A DNA stretch of 64,000 bases, from the NCBI GenBank assembly GCA_043228905.1, contig JBHGNT010000005.1, positions 21,018,001-21,082,000 of the forward strand, read 5' to 3'. How positions within the stretch are numbered: position 1 is the first letter of the stretch; each line of letters begins with the position of its first letter. Shown piece by piece: positions 24,706 through 38,319 of the stretch. Source of the stretch: Azolla caroliniana. Taxonomy: Eukaryota; Plantae; Polypodiophyta. The notes under the pieces were generated by a model. The model did not search any database, had not been told where the DNA came from, and was given only the letters and a program-made list of their open reading frames with translations. Made by a program: the position numbers and the translations under genes.

Positions 24706-25012
24706 TTACGTGAAAAGGCTTATGAAAAGGAGCTCATTCCAAGCATCTGGGAGCCCAGGGAGGCACCAATGGCTACAATCTTGATTGTTCATGCGAAGAG
24801 GCTTCTGCACACTTGTATAGATGGAACAATGTGCATCCTTCCTATAGCTGGACATTCCTGTTATGTCTAATATTTGGACACCCATCCCTCGCAAGTGTTC
24901 TGTTTCCAATTCAACATATTTCTTTGTCCAATGCTCATCTTCAAACTTGGTGCTCATGGTTAATGGTTGTGTCTCTTTATCGCACCGTCCGCCCGTATTC
25001 CACAAGCCCCCA
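24706..25012 (-). CDS. TBL: TBL O-acetyltransferase exon 4 (DxxH motif, stop)
   Basis: CAG acceptor. [10 protein letters not shown]...RKDAH...[19 protein letters not shown], then TAA at 24708-24706. Phase matches exon 3. Confidence 0.93.
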
Positions 25013-25858
25013 CTGTCATATTTATAAAATGTTTCAGAAAAACGATAAAAGTATTCTCTTCAAAATGCAAAGGATTTGGGAAAAGCATTATAAAAGAACA
25101 TTCTTAAATTGCTACACTAGTGTTGCCCATGTGAGGGAGTACGTAAGTTGTGAAATTTGCATGCAATAGATAGAAAAGAATGATCATACTTATTCACATT
25201 AGGTATACAATAAATCAATACTATTGCAGCCTAAATATGATTGATAAGACTATTGATGTTCTTGTTTTGATGTAGTTACCAAGAAAGGAAACAAATAAAA
25301 GAAATTTCTTTTAAAAGGTTTGAAGTATGTTACACAAACTCATCCAAAAGAAACTGGTCATTATTCTTATACTACTGGTTTCACATAGATGCTTTATCTA
25401 TATCACCCATTCAATAAAACAAATTAGAAAAAACATGATATAGTAATCCATAGACAATAAAACTCAATGAAGTCGTAAATACATCTTATTTTCTCCCTTA
25501 AGGGAACTAGTTCAACAATCTAATGCATCTATAGCTTGTTTTATGGTTTCTAACATCAACAATTCCAAGATCGCATTAAACCAAAGATGAATAATTGAAG
25601 GTTCACTATAGCTTTTGAATAGGTCATAGGGTTTGTTTAATATACCTTCTATATTCCTTTTTTAAAATTTACTGTTGTGTTTCTTTTGTTGAAGAGTTAG
25701 TTAAAGGTATTTGTCTAGTGCAAACGATGAAGTAACTATGAAGCCAAACCAAACTAATGAAAACATAAATACGTTATAATAGAAAGTACTAAATTTCATT
25801 GCCTAAATGTGATTTTTCAACACAACATGAATGTCAAATAACTTCATTTTGAGTTTAC

Positions 25859-26017
25859 CTAAAGTGTGTTGGTGCATATGTTCTAAATACCACTTTTGTC
25901 TTTTCTATATCTAACTCTGTAGCAACCCATTTTCTCCAAGTTCTCATTGCAAATTTAAAGCCATCTTCGATCTCCATGCTAGTATTTGCTTGATCTCCAA
26001 TTTGGAAATAACATCCC
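25859..26017 (-). CDS. TBL: TBL exon 3
   Basis: TAG acceptor, GCYFQIG...VVFRTYAPTHF, GTAAAC donor; 159 nt. Confidence 0.92.
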
Positions 26018-28299
26018 CTACACAATGGGTATATAAATATGGTTATGAAAGAACTTTTATCCAACTCAAGTAAAATTCAAAACATTATAAGCTACCATCA
26101 AGTCAACATATAAGAAAAGGTATATCTAAGTAATTATAAAAAACGTAAATTCTTTTACATCCTTTATTTATTAAGCAATGCAACATTTTAATTGAAATGA
26201 ATAGCTTGCACACATTATACATTGCTTGCAAAGATTAAAGTTGAATTTTGCATCATGGTGGTTGATCACCACATGATATTTGATAAACCAATGTTGTAAG
26301 CTTTATTCTAACCTTAAATTTTCACGAATATTATGTACGAACCTAGTCCAACTTAATGTGATAATTTAAGTTAATTTTATAGCTTAAAATAGACATTATG
26401 TACAAAAATGCATTATGCATTTACCAATCAACTTACCTTATTAATAGATCAAGAATACAAGGCCCAACATTTGGGAAGTCAACAAAGAGCTTGCAATTCA
26501 TTAATAGCCCTCTTCAAGTCCAAATCTTTCGCAACACCATTTGATACACACGACTATCCAGACATGGTCACTAAATTCAATTGAATCACTATGAGTGTGC
26601 ACCTATAATGTCATTAGATCTCCATATGCTTGCTCCTTGTGTAGATCAAGATTCTTAGCAATGACATAACTATTGGAATATCTATGTCATCATGTCACAA
26701 TTAATTTCCCCTTCATTTGAGCTCATAGTTCTTCTAAATTCAGACGATTTCATTTGGATTCGCCTTCTACTTTTCTTCCACACCCAATAGAGATGTTAAT
26801 TTTGCTAAGTGATCCAAGAGAATGCTCATAAAGTATAACAAAGAAACAATTGTAATCATATCTTAACTTCCAATTATCTCTAGCTTCTACTCTAATCATA
26901 GTCATGATATGTTTATCCTTAAACATGACTCAATGACAATGGTTCCATTCGATGCCTCAACATTTTCAATCCCAACTTCCATGAGTGTGCCTAGGTGCAT
27001 ACTTTAATGTCAACTCAACATCCTAAGTACAAATGTGAGTTATATTTTAGTGAAAAACGATGATCATTTGCATCGTGTTGTTCTCCTTCAACTCCAAACT
27101 AATCACAATAATAACAAGCACCTTGAACCTATACTCTATGAACATATTAATGATTTCTTGTGATACTCAATTTTGAGAGATAAATACACCTCTAGTCCAA
27201 CAAAATAATGCAAGAATCCAAGATCATAGTCAGTAGGTTATAAAGTTCCAAGTCTAATCTAAATTCCTAGAAATGCTTATTTCTCTTCTGTGAAAATTTA
27301 GACGAGGCTATCCACCCACAAAACATATGTAGAACTATCAAAAGGCTTTCTTATTGGTCTAACATTTTCTTATGAAGTTCTTAGGATACCAAAGGGCCTT
27401 GTTTGCAAATAGTTTTCCATACCTACTTGGTTCCTACCAGATGTCACTCTAGAATTTGTGAATCCACCAAGTCCCAAGTTTGGTTTCCCTCTATCATTGT
27501 TCATTGATGTATTTACAATTGTATTAAGTTTAGAGTTTTCCCTTCAAGATTAATAGTATATTTGGAAGTGGATTGTAGAGAGACAATAAGAACTCTTGTT
27601 AGAGAAGGAAAAGACACTAGAGAGCAAGTGTGTATGTAGAACAATTGTGAGAGTAAATGGGACAAAAATGAGACTAGAGCTTAGACAAGAACACAAACAA
27701 ACAACGAAAAAAGGCTTGTTGACCACATAATTACACTCAATATTCTTGATGGAATGGACTTGGGATCCATGTTGAGTTTGCGTATGATACACCTTGTTGG
27801 CATTTGGCATCGAGTGTTGTCTTGCCTACATCGACTCATGCATACACATAGCTTGGACATCCAAAATGAATAGTAGAAGGATTCGAGGGAGTCAATTAAA
27901 CATATGTAACGTAAATAGAAGTATGTGTTTATTGATACCACATCATTGCATAGGACATATTAAATCCAAAATTCCGTTTTGATAATTTCTCATCAATTTG
28001 TTTCCAACCACTTAGTTGTCTTGCAACCCTTTTGATTGTGCTACTATATAATGGACATTCATATATGTTTTCCTTTTGGACCACATACTCAACTAGTCTT
28101 TGTCACTCTTCATTTATAAGTCCATTTTTTGTGAAGGTACACTCCAATGACGTCGTAAAAGATCACGGTCGTGTGTTGCAACTATCGAGGTTTTGTGACT
28201 TGGGGACGATCAGTATGATAAGATGTAGTCGCGGTTGGTCCTATGGTAAGGAGACGAGATAGATGTGAAGTTGTTGAGAAAAGAGAATTAATTAATTCA

Positions 28300-31200
28300 A
28301 AAACACTTACAAGATTCATTTGTCAAATGCCTCTTTACTAAGACTTGATCTTACACCCAGTCTAGTATGGAACTAGTACTTCTTTACTGTCTAGTACGAG
28401 TACCTAGTCTCCTTCTTGGATCTTTTGTGGCCATAATCTTTTCAATTCGTAAAATCTTATTTTGTTCTTGATCTGAGCTTCTTTAAACTTCTCATTAGCC
28501 CTTTCTACATCTTTTCCTTGACAATGTAGTTATCAAATCCAACTTAACAATTAGCAAGTCGTCTCTACTCATTTTTGACTCCAATGGAGCATTGCCCATG
28601 TAGCGATCTTCTCTTCAATCAGCATAATTAGAGTTTGTCTCGTCATGACCTCTATCAACATATACCATGTCATCAAACTATGTGTAAACTTGTTGGCCCA
28701 CAATGTATATAGGAAGAACTCCCGTGCTTCATTAGAATTGAGCTCACCTCTATAAACCACTATCTTTCTTACACAGCCATATCTACATACTATAACCTCT
28801 AATATTAATTGACAAAAAATCAAAGTGGTCTTTGATCTTAGTGTTGTCTCTTCTACCTAATTTTTAAGGTATTCTCTAGCTAACACCAAGAACTTCTTTT
28901 GACATGGCCCCATCGACATTTCCATTGTATACACCATCCACTTGTGGTGTACACCTTGCGAGTAGAGTGGGTGCAACTCATCTCTATACTTAATGTTGCA
29001 ATAGAATTGACAAGTTGGGCATGTCTTGACATACCTCTTGATTTTGTTGTAGAATTCCTACCACCTATATCTTTCCTGATTTAATTGAATGTTGCCCAAA
29101 CTCCACAATGTCCAACCCACTCCCTATCATGCAATTCCTTTAATATATGTGAGATAACTTAGTGTAGGTTTTTGCTATGGTCGTAGGTAAACCATTGTGG
29201 ATTTCTCGTTTTAAACTTTAGGTGCTTCCATAGGTATCTGTTGAGAGACAAGCTCAACATCGGCCGGATCGGCTGAAGAAGCCGGGGACCGGATCGGTTG
29301 GGACAGATCGATTAGGCCGAATGCGTAAACCGGTACGCAGACTGGTGCGTAGGTAGGGCCGGATCGGTGCATAAACCAGGAGGCCGTTAGGAAAGATATT
29401 CCGTGAGGAATATATTTGGGAGTTAGTGTAGGAGCTCTTAATGAGCATTGAAGTACTGTCAGTACTTCGGTCAGTCCTTCTAGGACTTGTATAAAAGCGT
29501 TCGTTGAACACATATGTATAGTGTGGTGAATAGAGATTGTTGTTTTTTTCTCTCACTCTCTCTGTCTCTCCAGCGTATACTGCGTAAGCTCAAGCTCTCC
29601 ATTAAACCTGAGTTTTCTTCCTCCTGTTCGGTCTTCCTACTTGCTTCCGCACATTACTTTTACATGGTATCAGAACGTGAGGGTTGAGAACCTCTCTGCA
29701 GCCGACACAGCTTGACGAAGAAGAACAAGAAGAACGATGGATAGAGGCATGGCGAGCTCGCTTCCAACAGAGAAGCTCGACAGAACCAACTACGCGTCTT
29801 GGTCCTACAAGATGCACTAGTACCTGCTCGGGCACGGCTACTAGAGTTATGTCGAAGGAGCTAATGACGCGGCACTCGAATCGACACACAGAGACTTCCC
29901 ATCGTGGGAGCAATCGGCGAGCAGGGTATTATACTGCTTCGCGTCGTGTGTGGGCGAACAACTATTGAGCTATGTTCGGGATGCAAAGACGCCGAAGGGT
30001 GCGTGGGAAAATCTGAAGAAGATTTTCGCCGCGAGCACCACAACCAGGAAGCTTCAGCTCCGACACGAGTTGAGCAATCTACGACAACGCGACTTGTCGG
30101 TGGCGGACTATACCTCGAAGATCAAGGATATGTGCGACTCCCTCGCATCAGATCTGTCTCAGAGGTTTGGTGTCGAAATTCGGAGCGTTCCGAACGGCTG
30201 TGTGTACACGGGAGAATACGTCGTCCTTTTTCGACTTACAGTCAATGCTCCTGGTAGAGGAGAACCACACAGGTGCGTCTACAAGCACACACACTGATAG
30301 CAGAATGCTGTACATGGAGGGAGATAGGCCCCATGGACGTGGAGGACGAGGCGAGTCGGCATGCAATGGAGGCGGCCAAGGAGATCAAGGAAGAAGGCAC
30401 CGAAGTGATGCCGACAACAACTCCGAACCCTCCGAAAACAGGGGGAGTTGAAGCGATGAGAACTGGCAAGGGAAGGCCATTGCGGAGTGCTGGTACTGTG
30501 GCAAGAAAGGCCACAAGGAAAGTGAGTGCTGGAAGAAGCGCACCAATTCGGAGAGAACCGGTTCCGGAAACGGCTCCGGACATACCGACAAGGGAAGTCA
30601 GCAGCGATCGCACTACGCCGAAGACTTCGGGAGAGCCGGAGAAGCGTCTGCCTTCGTGACGAGCCACGAAGCAAACTCAATGAAACGGACCACCCCGAGG
30701 TCGGACGAGGTGTGGTACGTAGACTCTGGCGTGTCAAACCACATGACGAGCCATAAGGAGTGGTTCTCGTACCTTGAAAAACCGATACAACCTAGAGTAG
30801 TCACAACTGGAGACGACACTCCGCATCCGATCGTGAATGTTGGAGAAGTTCCCCTTAGCCATGTCGGGCAGAAAGGGAAACTCATGAACGTGCTGCACGT
30901 TCCGACAATCACGAAGAACTTGGTCTCGGTCGGACAGATCATCGACCAAGGGATGGAGGTTCGGTTTACACACCTCGGGTGCTTCATTGAGGAAGAAGGC
31001 CGTGTGATTGTGCGAGGGCGCAGAGACAGGAGGATGTTCATTCTCGATTCCACTGAGGGCGGCACCGCAATATTCGCGAAGGGACAAAAATTCGAGTCGG
31101 ACATCGACTTGTGGCACAAGCAGATAGGCCACGTCAACTACCAACGGCTTCAAGATCTGCAATCGAAACAGGTAGTGTTCGGATTGCCCAAATTTAGTGG

Positions 31201-34200
31201 CCAAAAGGCACAAATTTGTGAAGCCTGCCAGCTCGGGAAGCAACACCGACTTCCTTTCCCCAACGAGCGAAACCGGAGCCGGGACGAAAGATCAAGTGCC
31301 TGCGGTCGGATGGTGGGAAAGAGTACTTTTCTGGTCAATTCAATGGTTATCTACAACAAATGGGAATTCGGCGCGAATTCAGTTGTAGATACACGCCGGA
31401 GCAGAAGGTGTGGCTGAGAGGAAGAATCAGTCAGTTGTGGAAGCGGCACGGGCAATGCTGGAGGAGAAGAGCTTGCCCAAGTTCTACTGGGCTGAGGCGG
31501 TAAGGACCGCGGTATACATCCAGAACCGGATCGGAGACAAAGTGTCGGCGCACGAGCTATATTTCGGAACCAAGTCGAACTTGCAACACCTGAGGGTGTT
31601 CGGTAGCATTGCGTATGTGCATGTACCGAAGGAGAAAAGGAGGAAGCTGGACGCAAAGGCCGAGAAATGCATCTTGGTCGGTTACTCGGACGAGCAGAAG
31701 GGTTATAAGTGCTATAACCCTCGCACCAAACAAGCGCGTGTTAGCCGCGACGTTGTGTTTGACGAGTCCACGTCCTGGTACCAGCCCCCGACTCGAAAAC
31801 CCGACTCCAATCCAAGCTCTGACGATGAGGTTAGCGAGGCCGAGATGCCTCCGGATGAGCCCGAGATCGAGACCCACGAAGAGAGTCCTATTTCACTCCG
31901 TTTAAGTGGACCGATTGGACGACTGAGTCGGTACGACCAGTCCGATGAAGAGCCGGCAAGTGGTGGAAACTCGGCCGTGCATTCCCCGCGCAGGAAGCCG
32001 AGGAGACGGCTTACGTGCAAAGAGAAAGGGAAGAAGAAGATGTCGGATTCCAGCACGGATAGGAACGAGTCAAACTGACGCGAGTCCGACTCCGAGGGAA
32101 TCGGTGACAGGTCTTTAAAGGTGAAGTCCGCGTCGACCGAGAAGGCCTGAACATCGGCTAATGTGAGATTACGTCGATCTACCCGCTAGAAGAATCCTGT
32201 TTTGCGGTTCGGATACAACGAGTACATGGCGCATCATTATGCGTACATGACCCGTGTAGCGGAAGTGTGTGAGCCGGACAGCTACGCAGAAGCGGCTAAA
32301 AACGCAAATTGACGTGCCGCGATGGAGGAAGAGATGCACGCATTGGCGGAGAACGAGACCTGGGACCTCGTTGACGCACCAAGAGGGGTAAAACTGATCG
32401 CATGTAGGTGGGTGTATAAGGTCAAGTACAACACCGATGGCTCGGTCAACCGGTACAAGGCTCGGCTAATGGCAAAGGGCTACGCGCAGAAACATGGCAT
32501 CGACTATGATGAGACATTTGCGCCGGTCGTGAAAATGACGACCGTCCGTGTTTTACTCGCAGTAGCTGCAGCGAAGGGGTGGCACTTACATCAAATGGAT
32601 GTAAAGAATGTGTTCCTGCAAGGTGACCTTGAGGAACAGGTGTATATGGTACAACCCCCCCGGATTTCATTCTGGAACGAACTCCTCCGCAGTATGGCGA
32701 CTGAAGAAGTCCCTTTACGGACTAAAGCAAGCCCCGCGTGCCTGGGATGCGAAGATCACGCAACAACTGCGTCGGATGGGCTTCGTCACGTCAAAATCAG
32801 ACTCTTCCCTGTTCATCCGGAAAGGTCGACTTAGACCGGTTAGTATTCTACTATATGTTGATGACTTGGTCATCACCGGCGCCGACCTAGGTGAAATCGA
32901 CCGCATGAAGCTCTAGTTTGCGGCATCGTTCGACATGAAAGATCTGGGGGACCTTCATTACTTCCTCGGGATCAAAGTGATCCGTACCCCCGAAGGCATA
33001 TTGATCAACCAACGTTATTACGTGCTGAGTATGCTCTTCAAATTCGGGATGGCCGACTGTAAGTCTGTCTCGACTCCTCTGGACAGAACCGTCAAGCTTC
33101 GTCCCAATACGGGAAAGGTATGCGACCCGACGAGGTTTCGACAAATTGTCGGAAGCCTCATATACTTGACCATCACCCGACCTGACCTCAGTTATCCGGT
33201 CGGCGTGATCAGTCAGTTCATGGCACGACCTACCGAGGAGCACCTCCAGTGTGCGCAACGCATACTTCGGTATGTCAACGGCACTAAGGACCGGGGACTG
33301 TTATATCGGACCGGTGCAGCCGTGCAGTTAGTCGGCTACACCGATGTTGATTGGGCTAGCAACGCCGCCGATCGCCGATCCACATCCGGACACGCGTTCT
33401 CCCTCGGGAGTGCCGCGATTGCGTGGAGCAGTAAGAAGCAGCCAACAGTTGCATTCTCGAGCACCGAAGCTGAGTACCGAGGAGCGGCTGTCGCGACATG
33501 CGAAGCCATATGGTTGAAGCGGCTACTTAAGGACCTGCAAGAGGAGGTGTCAGATCCAACGACGGTCTACTGCGATAACCTTAGCAGCATCCAGCTCGCG
33601 AAAAACCCCGTTTTTCACGCACGGACCAAGCACATTGAGGTGCACTATCATTTCGTCCATGAGCGTGTCCTTTCCGGTGAAGTTGAACTTCAGTACGTAC
33701 CGAAAGATCGGCAAACTGCCGACATCTTCACTAAGCCTCTTGGTCTGGACAAGTTGCGGCAATTCTCAGGTGCGCTCGGATTGCGTCACCTCGACGTGCC
33801 AAACTTGAGGGGGAGAACAGTCCCGAACGACCAAGCAAGGCAGCAGGAAAGGAGCGGAGACCGCGACACCGAGTCAGTTGACTCGGTTGTTGAGTTCGAC
33901 TTCGGATCGGCTGAAGAAGCTGAGGGCGGACCCGCGGAAAAGTCCGGAAGCGGACAGAAGGGGAGCAGCCGAAGGAGAGAGCCGAAGCCAACCATGCATT
34001 GGGAAGATGACGCCATCGAGCAAAAGACCGAAGATAAGTTGGAGACAGCCAACTCAGACGAGAGCGAAAACCGATCGGAGGTAGCCGAGTCGGTTCGGAT
34101 GTTTGATTCAGATATGCTCAATCAACCGAGGCCCAAGCGGAAGAAAAGTTAGCAGGAGAAGCGTCAACACAGCAACAACAGAAGAGCTGATAAGGGCCAC

Positions 34201-35650
34201 ATGAGCAGACAAGCCGACCGGAAGGGTCGAAGCGCGCGGAGTCGAACAGGTCGAGGAGCGCAAGCGCTGCGTGAAGCCAGGAGGAACCGGAGCTGTGAGC
34301 CCGAAGATCCCGAAGAGCCTCAAGTTGAGCTTGAGGGGGAGTGTTGAGAGACAAGCTCAACATCGGCCGGATCGGCTGAAGAAGCCGGGGACCGGATCGG
34401 TTGGGACAGATCGGTTAGGCCGAATGCATAAACCGGTACGTAGACCGGTGCGTAGGTAGGGCCGGATCGGTGCGTAAACCGGGAGGCCGTTAGGAAAGAT
34501 ATTCCGTGAGGAATATATTTGGGAGTTAGTGTAGGAGCTCTTAATGAGCATTGAAGTACTGTCAGTACTTCGGTTACTCCTTCTTGGACTTGTATAAAAG
34601 CGTTCATTGAACACATATGTATAGTGTGGTGAATAGAGATTGTTATTTTTTTCTCTCACTCTCTCTGTCTCTCCCGCGTATACTGCGTAAGCTCAAGCTC
34701 TCCATTAAACCTGAGTTTTCTTCCTCCTGTTCGGTCTTCATACTTGCTTCCGCACGTTACTTTTACAGTATCCCTAATGCAAGAAGAATCAGTGAGTATT
34801 CTTTTAAAAAATTCAAGAAGAATCATTGAGTTGTCTTTTAGAAATTCAAGAAATGTCGCTCGCTCTAAGTTACTTTTTTTCATGGTGCTTGTAGATACTT
34901 CCCGGTTTCCTTACACTCTTTTGAATCATATTCCTCCCCTTGAATATATGTTCTTCATGTGGCTCACCCCCTCTAATTGCATTTATGGCTAAAGCTGGTT
35001 TCTCTTCTTCTAGTTCTACTACTTCCTCGTTTTTGTATTTTTCTCTAGATAACATATTAGCCATTGCATTCTTCTCAGTAGATATATGTTGAAGCTCAGG
35101 GTTGATGGATTTGATGTAGAAACAACACCTAATCATTATGTGGTCTAGAGTATCGCAATTTGTATTAATCTCAAGAATTGGGTAGAAATCTATCTCTAGA
35201 ATTACCATCTTGATAGTGCTGACTATCCCCCAAAGCTCTCTCTTCAGTTGCACATACTTCCGTTGATTTCCACTAAGCCCTTTTGCACCAAACCGAATTA
35301 GATTGCTTTAGCCAGATTCTCCTTTAGTTCTTTTAATTGCATTTGAGTGCTCCTCCACCCATTTGAACATTTCCTATTTCCTCAATAGTCAGTAATGTGG
35401 ATCCGATATGTGGGCATAATTTGGAATCCACTAGCGATATTAGACACATGCACCCAAGAACCTTTGAACTTCAAATACAGATTGTGTTCCTCCATATTTT
35501 TTATCACTTTGATCTTTGTTGCTATCGACTTCCTTCCATATTGCCCACACGTATGTCCTACTATTAGTACCGTGTGATCTGATTTTGGAGACGAAAATGT
35601 ACCTCCTTCAATCTTGAAAGTACTTTATCATAGTCCTGCATGTGATCTCT
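28300..35650 (-). mobile_element. Old decayed Gypsy pol relic (RNase H/integrase) in TBL intron 2, host of the Copia insertion; boundaries approximate
   Basis: Integrase-like EVIVCRYGC...GELNSNEAREFF (28569-28823) and RH-end-like QHISTEKNAMANMLSR (~35030). Confidence 0.6.
29239..34767 (+). mobile_element. Full-length young Ty1/Copia element (426-bp LTRs 29239-29664 and 34342-34767; TSD GTATC), antisense in TBL intron 2, now defective
   Basis: TG..CA; PBS TGGTATCAGA; PPT GAGGGGGAG. Gag CWYCGKKGH, PR WYVDSG, IN, RT LLYVDD, RH CDN..TKHIEVHYH. About 14 LTR differences in 426 bp by eye. Stops, frameshifts and a deletion removing the first integrase core Asp (~31280). Confidence 0.96.
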
Positions 35651-35661
35651 AATGAACTTCC

Positions 35662-36060
35662 TGTTAGGAAATAGGTCCCTCTCAATGGGAAGGAGAGCAC
35701 GAGTTGGAGAGAAGAGTAAGTGGAATTGGTCAACAACAACATAGCCTAAACCAATAGGTTTTAGTCAAAAAATTGATCGATTCTCAAATTTGGGCGAGGT
35801 TGAAAATCGAATAATAATAATCAATTCAGTTAATTGCCGAATCGGTCAAAGCCGACTTGGGGTTATATTTGTAAATAGCTCATATTGTATGAGTATAAAT
35901 GCACCTAGGGCAAGTCATTATGTTGTAACGTAACTAGTGTGTAGGAGAGTGAGAGAAAGAGTGGTTTTCCACGTTAAAAATACTTGTGTCTCTGTACTTT
36001 GTTTTTCCTTCTTCTGTTATTTTTGTCTTCTCGATCTTTACACCCCCTCATTTGCACACG
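35662..36060 (+). mobile_element. Diverged LTR related to family A, lacking the 54-bp array; right end approximate
   Basis: TGTTAGGAAATAGGTCCCTCTCAATGGGAAGG vs family A TGTTGGGAGACAGGTCCCTCCGGATGGGAAGG. Shares TATTTGTAAATAGC..AGTATAAAT..TAGGGCAA and GGTTTTCCACGT. Confidence 0.6.
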
Positions 36061-37917
36061 TGATAACCGATTGAGGCTAGTAGTATCCTCATCACTTCCA
36101 GCATCCAACATTATCCAACCTATCATTCTTCATTCTTTTCCCACATCCTTTGATGGGTATATCATTCAAGAAGATCATGGTTATGTGAGCAATAAAACCT
36201 CAAAGAACTTTGTGCTTGTTGTTCACAATGTGAGCCATTGACTTGGTCGTACTTTGAGGTAAGATACACATCTAAAGTTGGAGGTGATATATCTCGACTG
36301 TCAGCTACAAGTTGGAATTATTCATAGCTAGAGTAGAGGTCTCCTATGGAGTAGATTGCCCTCCCAACAAACATCTCTACAAACACATCTACTATCAACC
36401 CCACTCTTGAATTCTAGATGGTGATTCGATTCACCGACTACATGTCTTAGATTAGTCAAAGTTGCTCATAATTCATCTGCATCATAAATCACCTACTTGA
36501 GTGTGGAACACTCAATGGCTTCAAGATTCCCTTTTATATTTAGAAGCTTGATTAGCTACGAGATACTCGATCTTGGCAATAGAATTGGCTTTAGATTACA
36601 CGGAAAGTGAGGGATCGTAAAGATGACTATTGGCTTGACCATTTTCGGATCCATACATCCGATTTCTTCGGAACTGAAGGAGAATTTTGTTATGCTACCC
36701 TAGAAATCCTATACAAAATCTTTCACGTCTTGTAGTAGATGATCCCATAGACGCTCCTTGTTCCTCTCATGATTCAGTCGAATAGTAAGGAACTGTACAA
36801 CTGTACATACCTCTTCCCATCCTAAGTCCGGATATTGAAAAATGTAGCTCCGTTATCAATCACTTTAGTCTCTATTTGTATTGTTGTGATGTGCGGTTGC
36901 CTTAGGATTATCGGATATGACTTCTCCTAGACGAACAAGTTCTGATCTATGGTCACATCCCAAATTGTAACTCTAACATTGGGGCATGCACCGCACAAAT
37001 CCTCTATGACATCAGTTGCTACTTGGACCTTCTAGCCAACCACCACCCGCGATTGTAGAAATTGGATCATATCATCTTCTACTCCACAATAAAAAGGGTT
37101 CCTCTACATCTACAACACTAGTAGAAAATTCATAATATATTGTACCTCATAGATTTTTCCATCAAGTTCGCCTCTGGTGAGGACATGCAGAACATTATTA
37201 TATCACCCTACCCACTTGATGATGCCTCAAGCATTATTTCACCTATACTTTTGCAAAAGGCTAGACCTACTTAGATAACATGCCAATTGTCTTCTTGATG
37301 TTTATAAACAATGTTTCTAGCATATTGTGAGTAGTTGTAATGATACTTAGGCATTTAATCTATTGAGGTATGGGAAAAGGAGGCCAATAATTTTCGAAAT
37401 AACAACATTTTCTGCCTTGTCAGAAGAGAGTATTTTATAAGGTCCAAATGATGTGGTAAATTGCCACATAAATTGAATTAAACTGACCAATTGCATCTTT
37501 GCATCGTATTATTGGAAAGTAAATTGAAATAGAATGAGACGTAATACTTGGAAAAAAATAAATGAAGAAGGATCCTTTCATGGTCTATACAATATCCTCA
37601 TTGTGGATAATCTCTAACAATATCCTTGTTGTAAGATGGACAATTATTTAATTTCAAACTTACACCATCTGCTAGTTGCAAGAACATTGGAGGTTATCTA
37701 CCCACTAAAATTGCTTTTGAGATCAACATTAAAACAAAGTTTTCAAATATATTAACATATTCATCATGCTCAATTTAGAAAGGTCTCATCCACTAGAATA
37801 TAATTACTATTATATGCAATAATAACTTTAATGATAAAGATGACAAAGCCATATTATCATATTTAACAACAAGAAAAAGATGAATGATAATGATAATAAA
37901 GAGAAAACAATACATAC

Positions 37918-38319
37918 TCACGCATTATCTTTGCAAAGGTCCACCAATGACCAGAGTTGAAGATGAGGAAGTCGGCACCAATCCACTTGGGTGAGGTCCA
38001 ATCCATAGTATCCACACGAATGGTGCACGAGACATTGGGTGGGGAATTTGGTGGTGGGGTTCCTTGTGGAACGAGGTAGGGTGAACGGTAGTACTCAACG
38101 GTGAGATTATCGTGGTCCGGAAAGCGGAAGGACAAAAATCCTCTATGCTTTGTGATTGGTTCCCCATTTACCTCATGGATACGTTGCCTTCCAGCATCAT
38201 CATGCACACCGCTTGCCAGCATACATAACATTGATTCCCATTGGTTTCGCCCTATTGAATCACCCACAAACACCATCCGTTTCCCCTTTAGTAGCTCCAA
38301 CACTCTACTTGCATTGAAC
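37918..38319 (-). CDS. TBL: TBL exon 2 (GDS motif)
   Basis: AAG acceptor, [34 protein letters not shown]...FNSGHWW, GTATGT donor; 402 nt. Confidence 0.93.
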
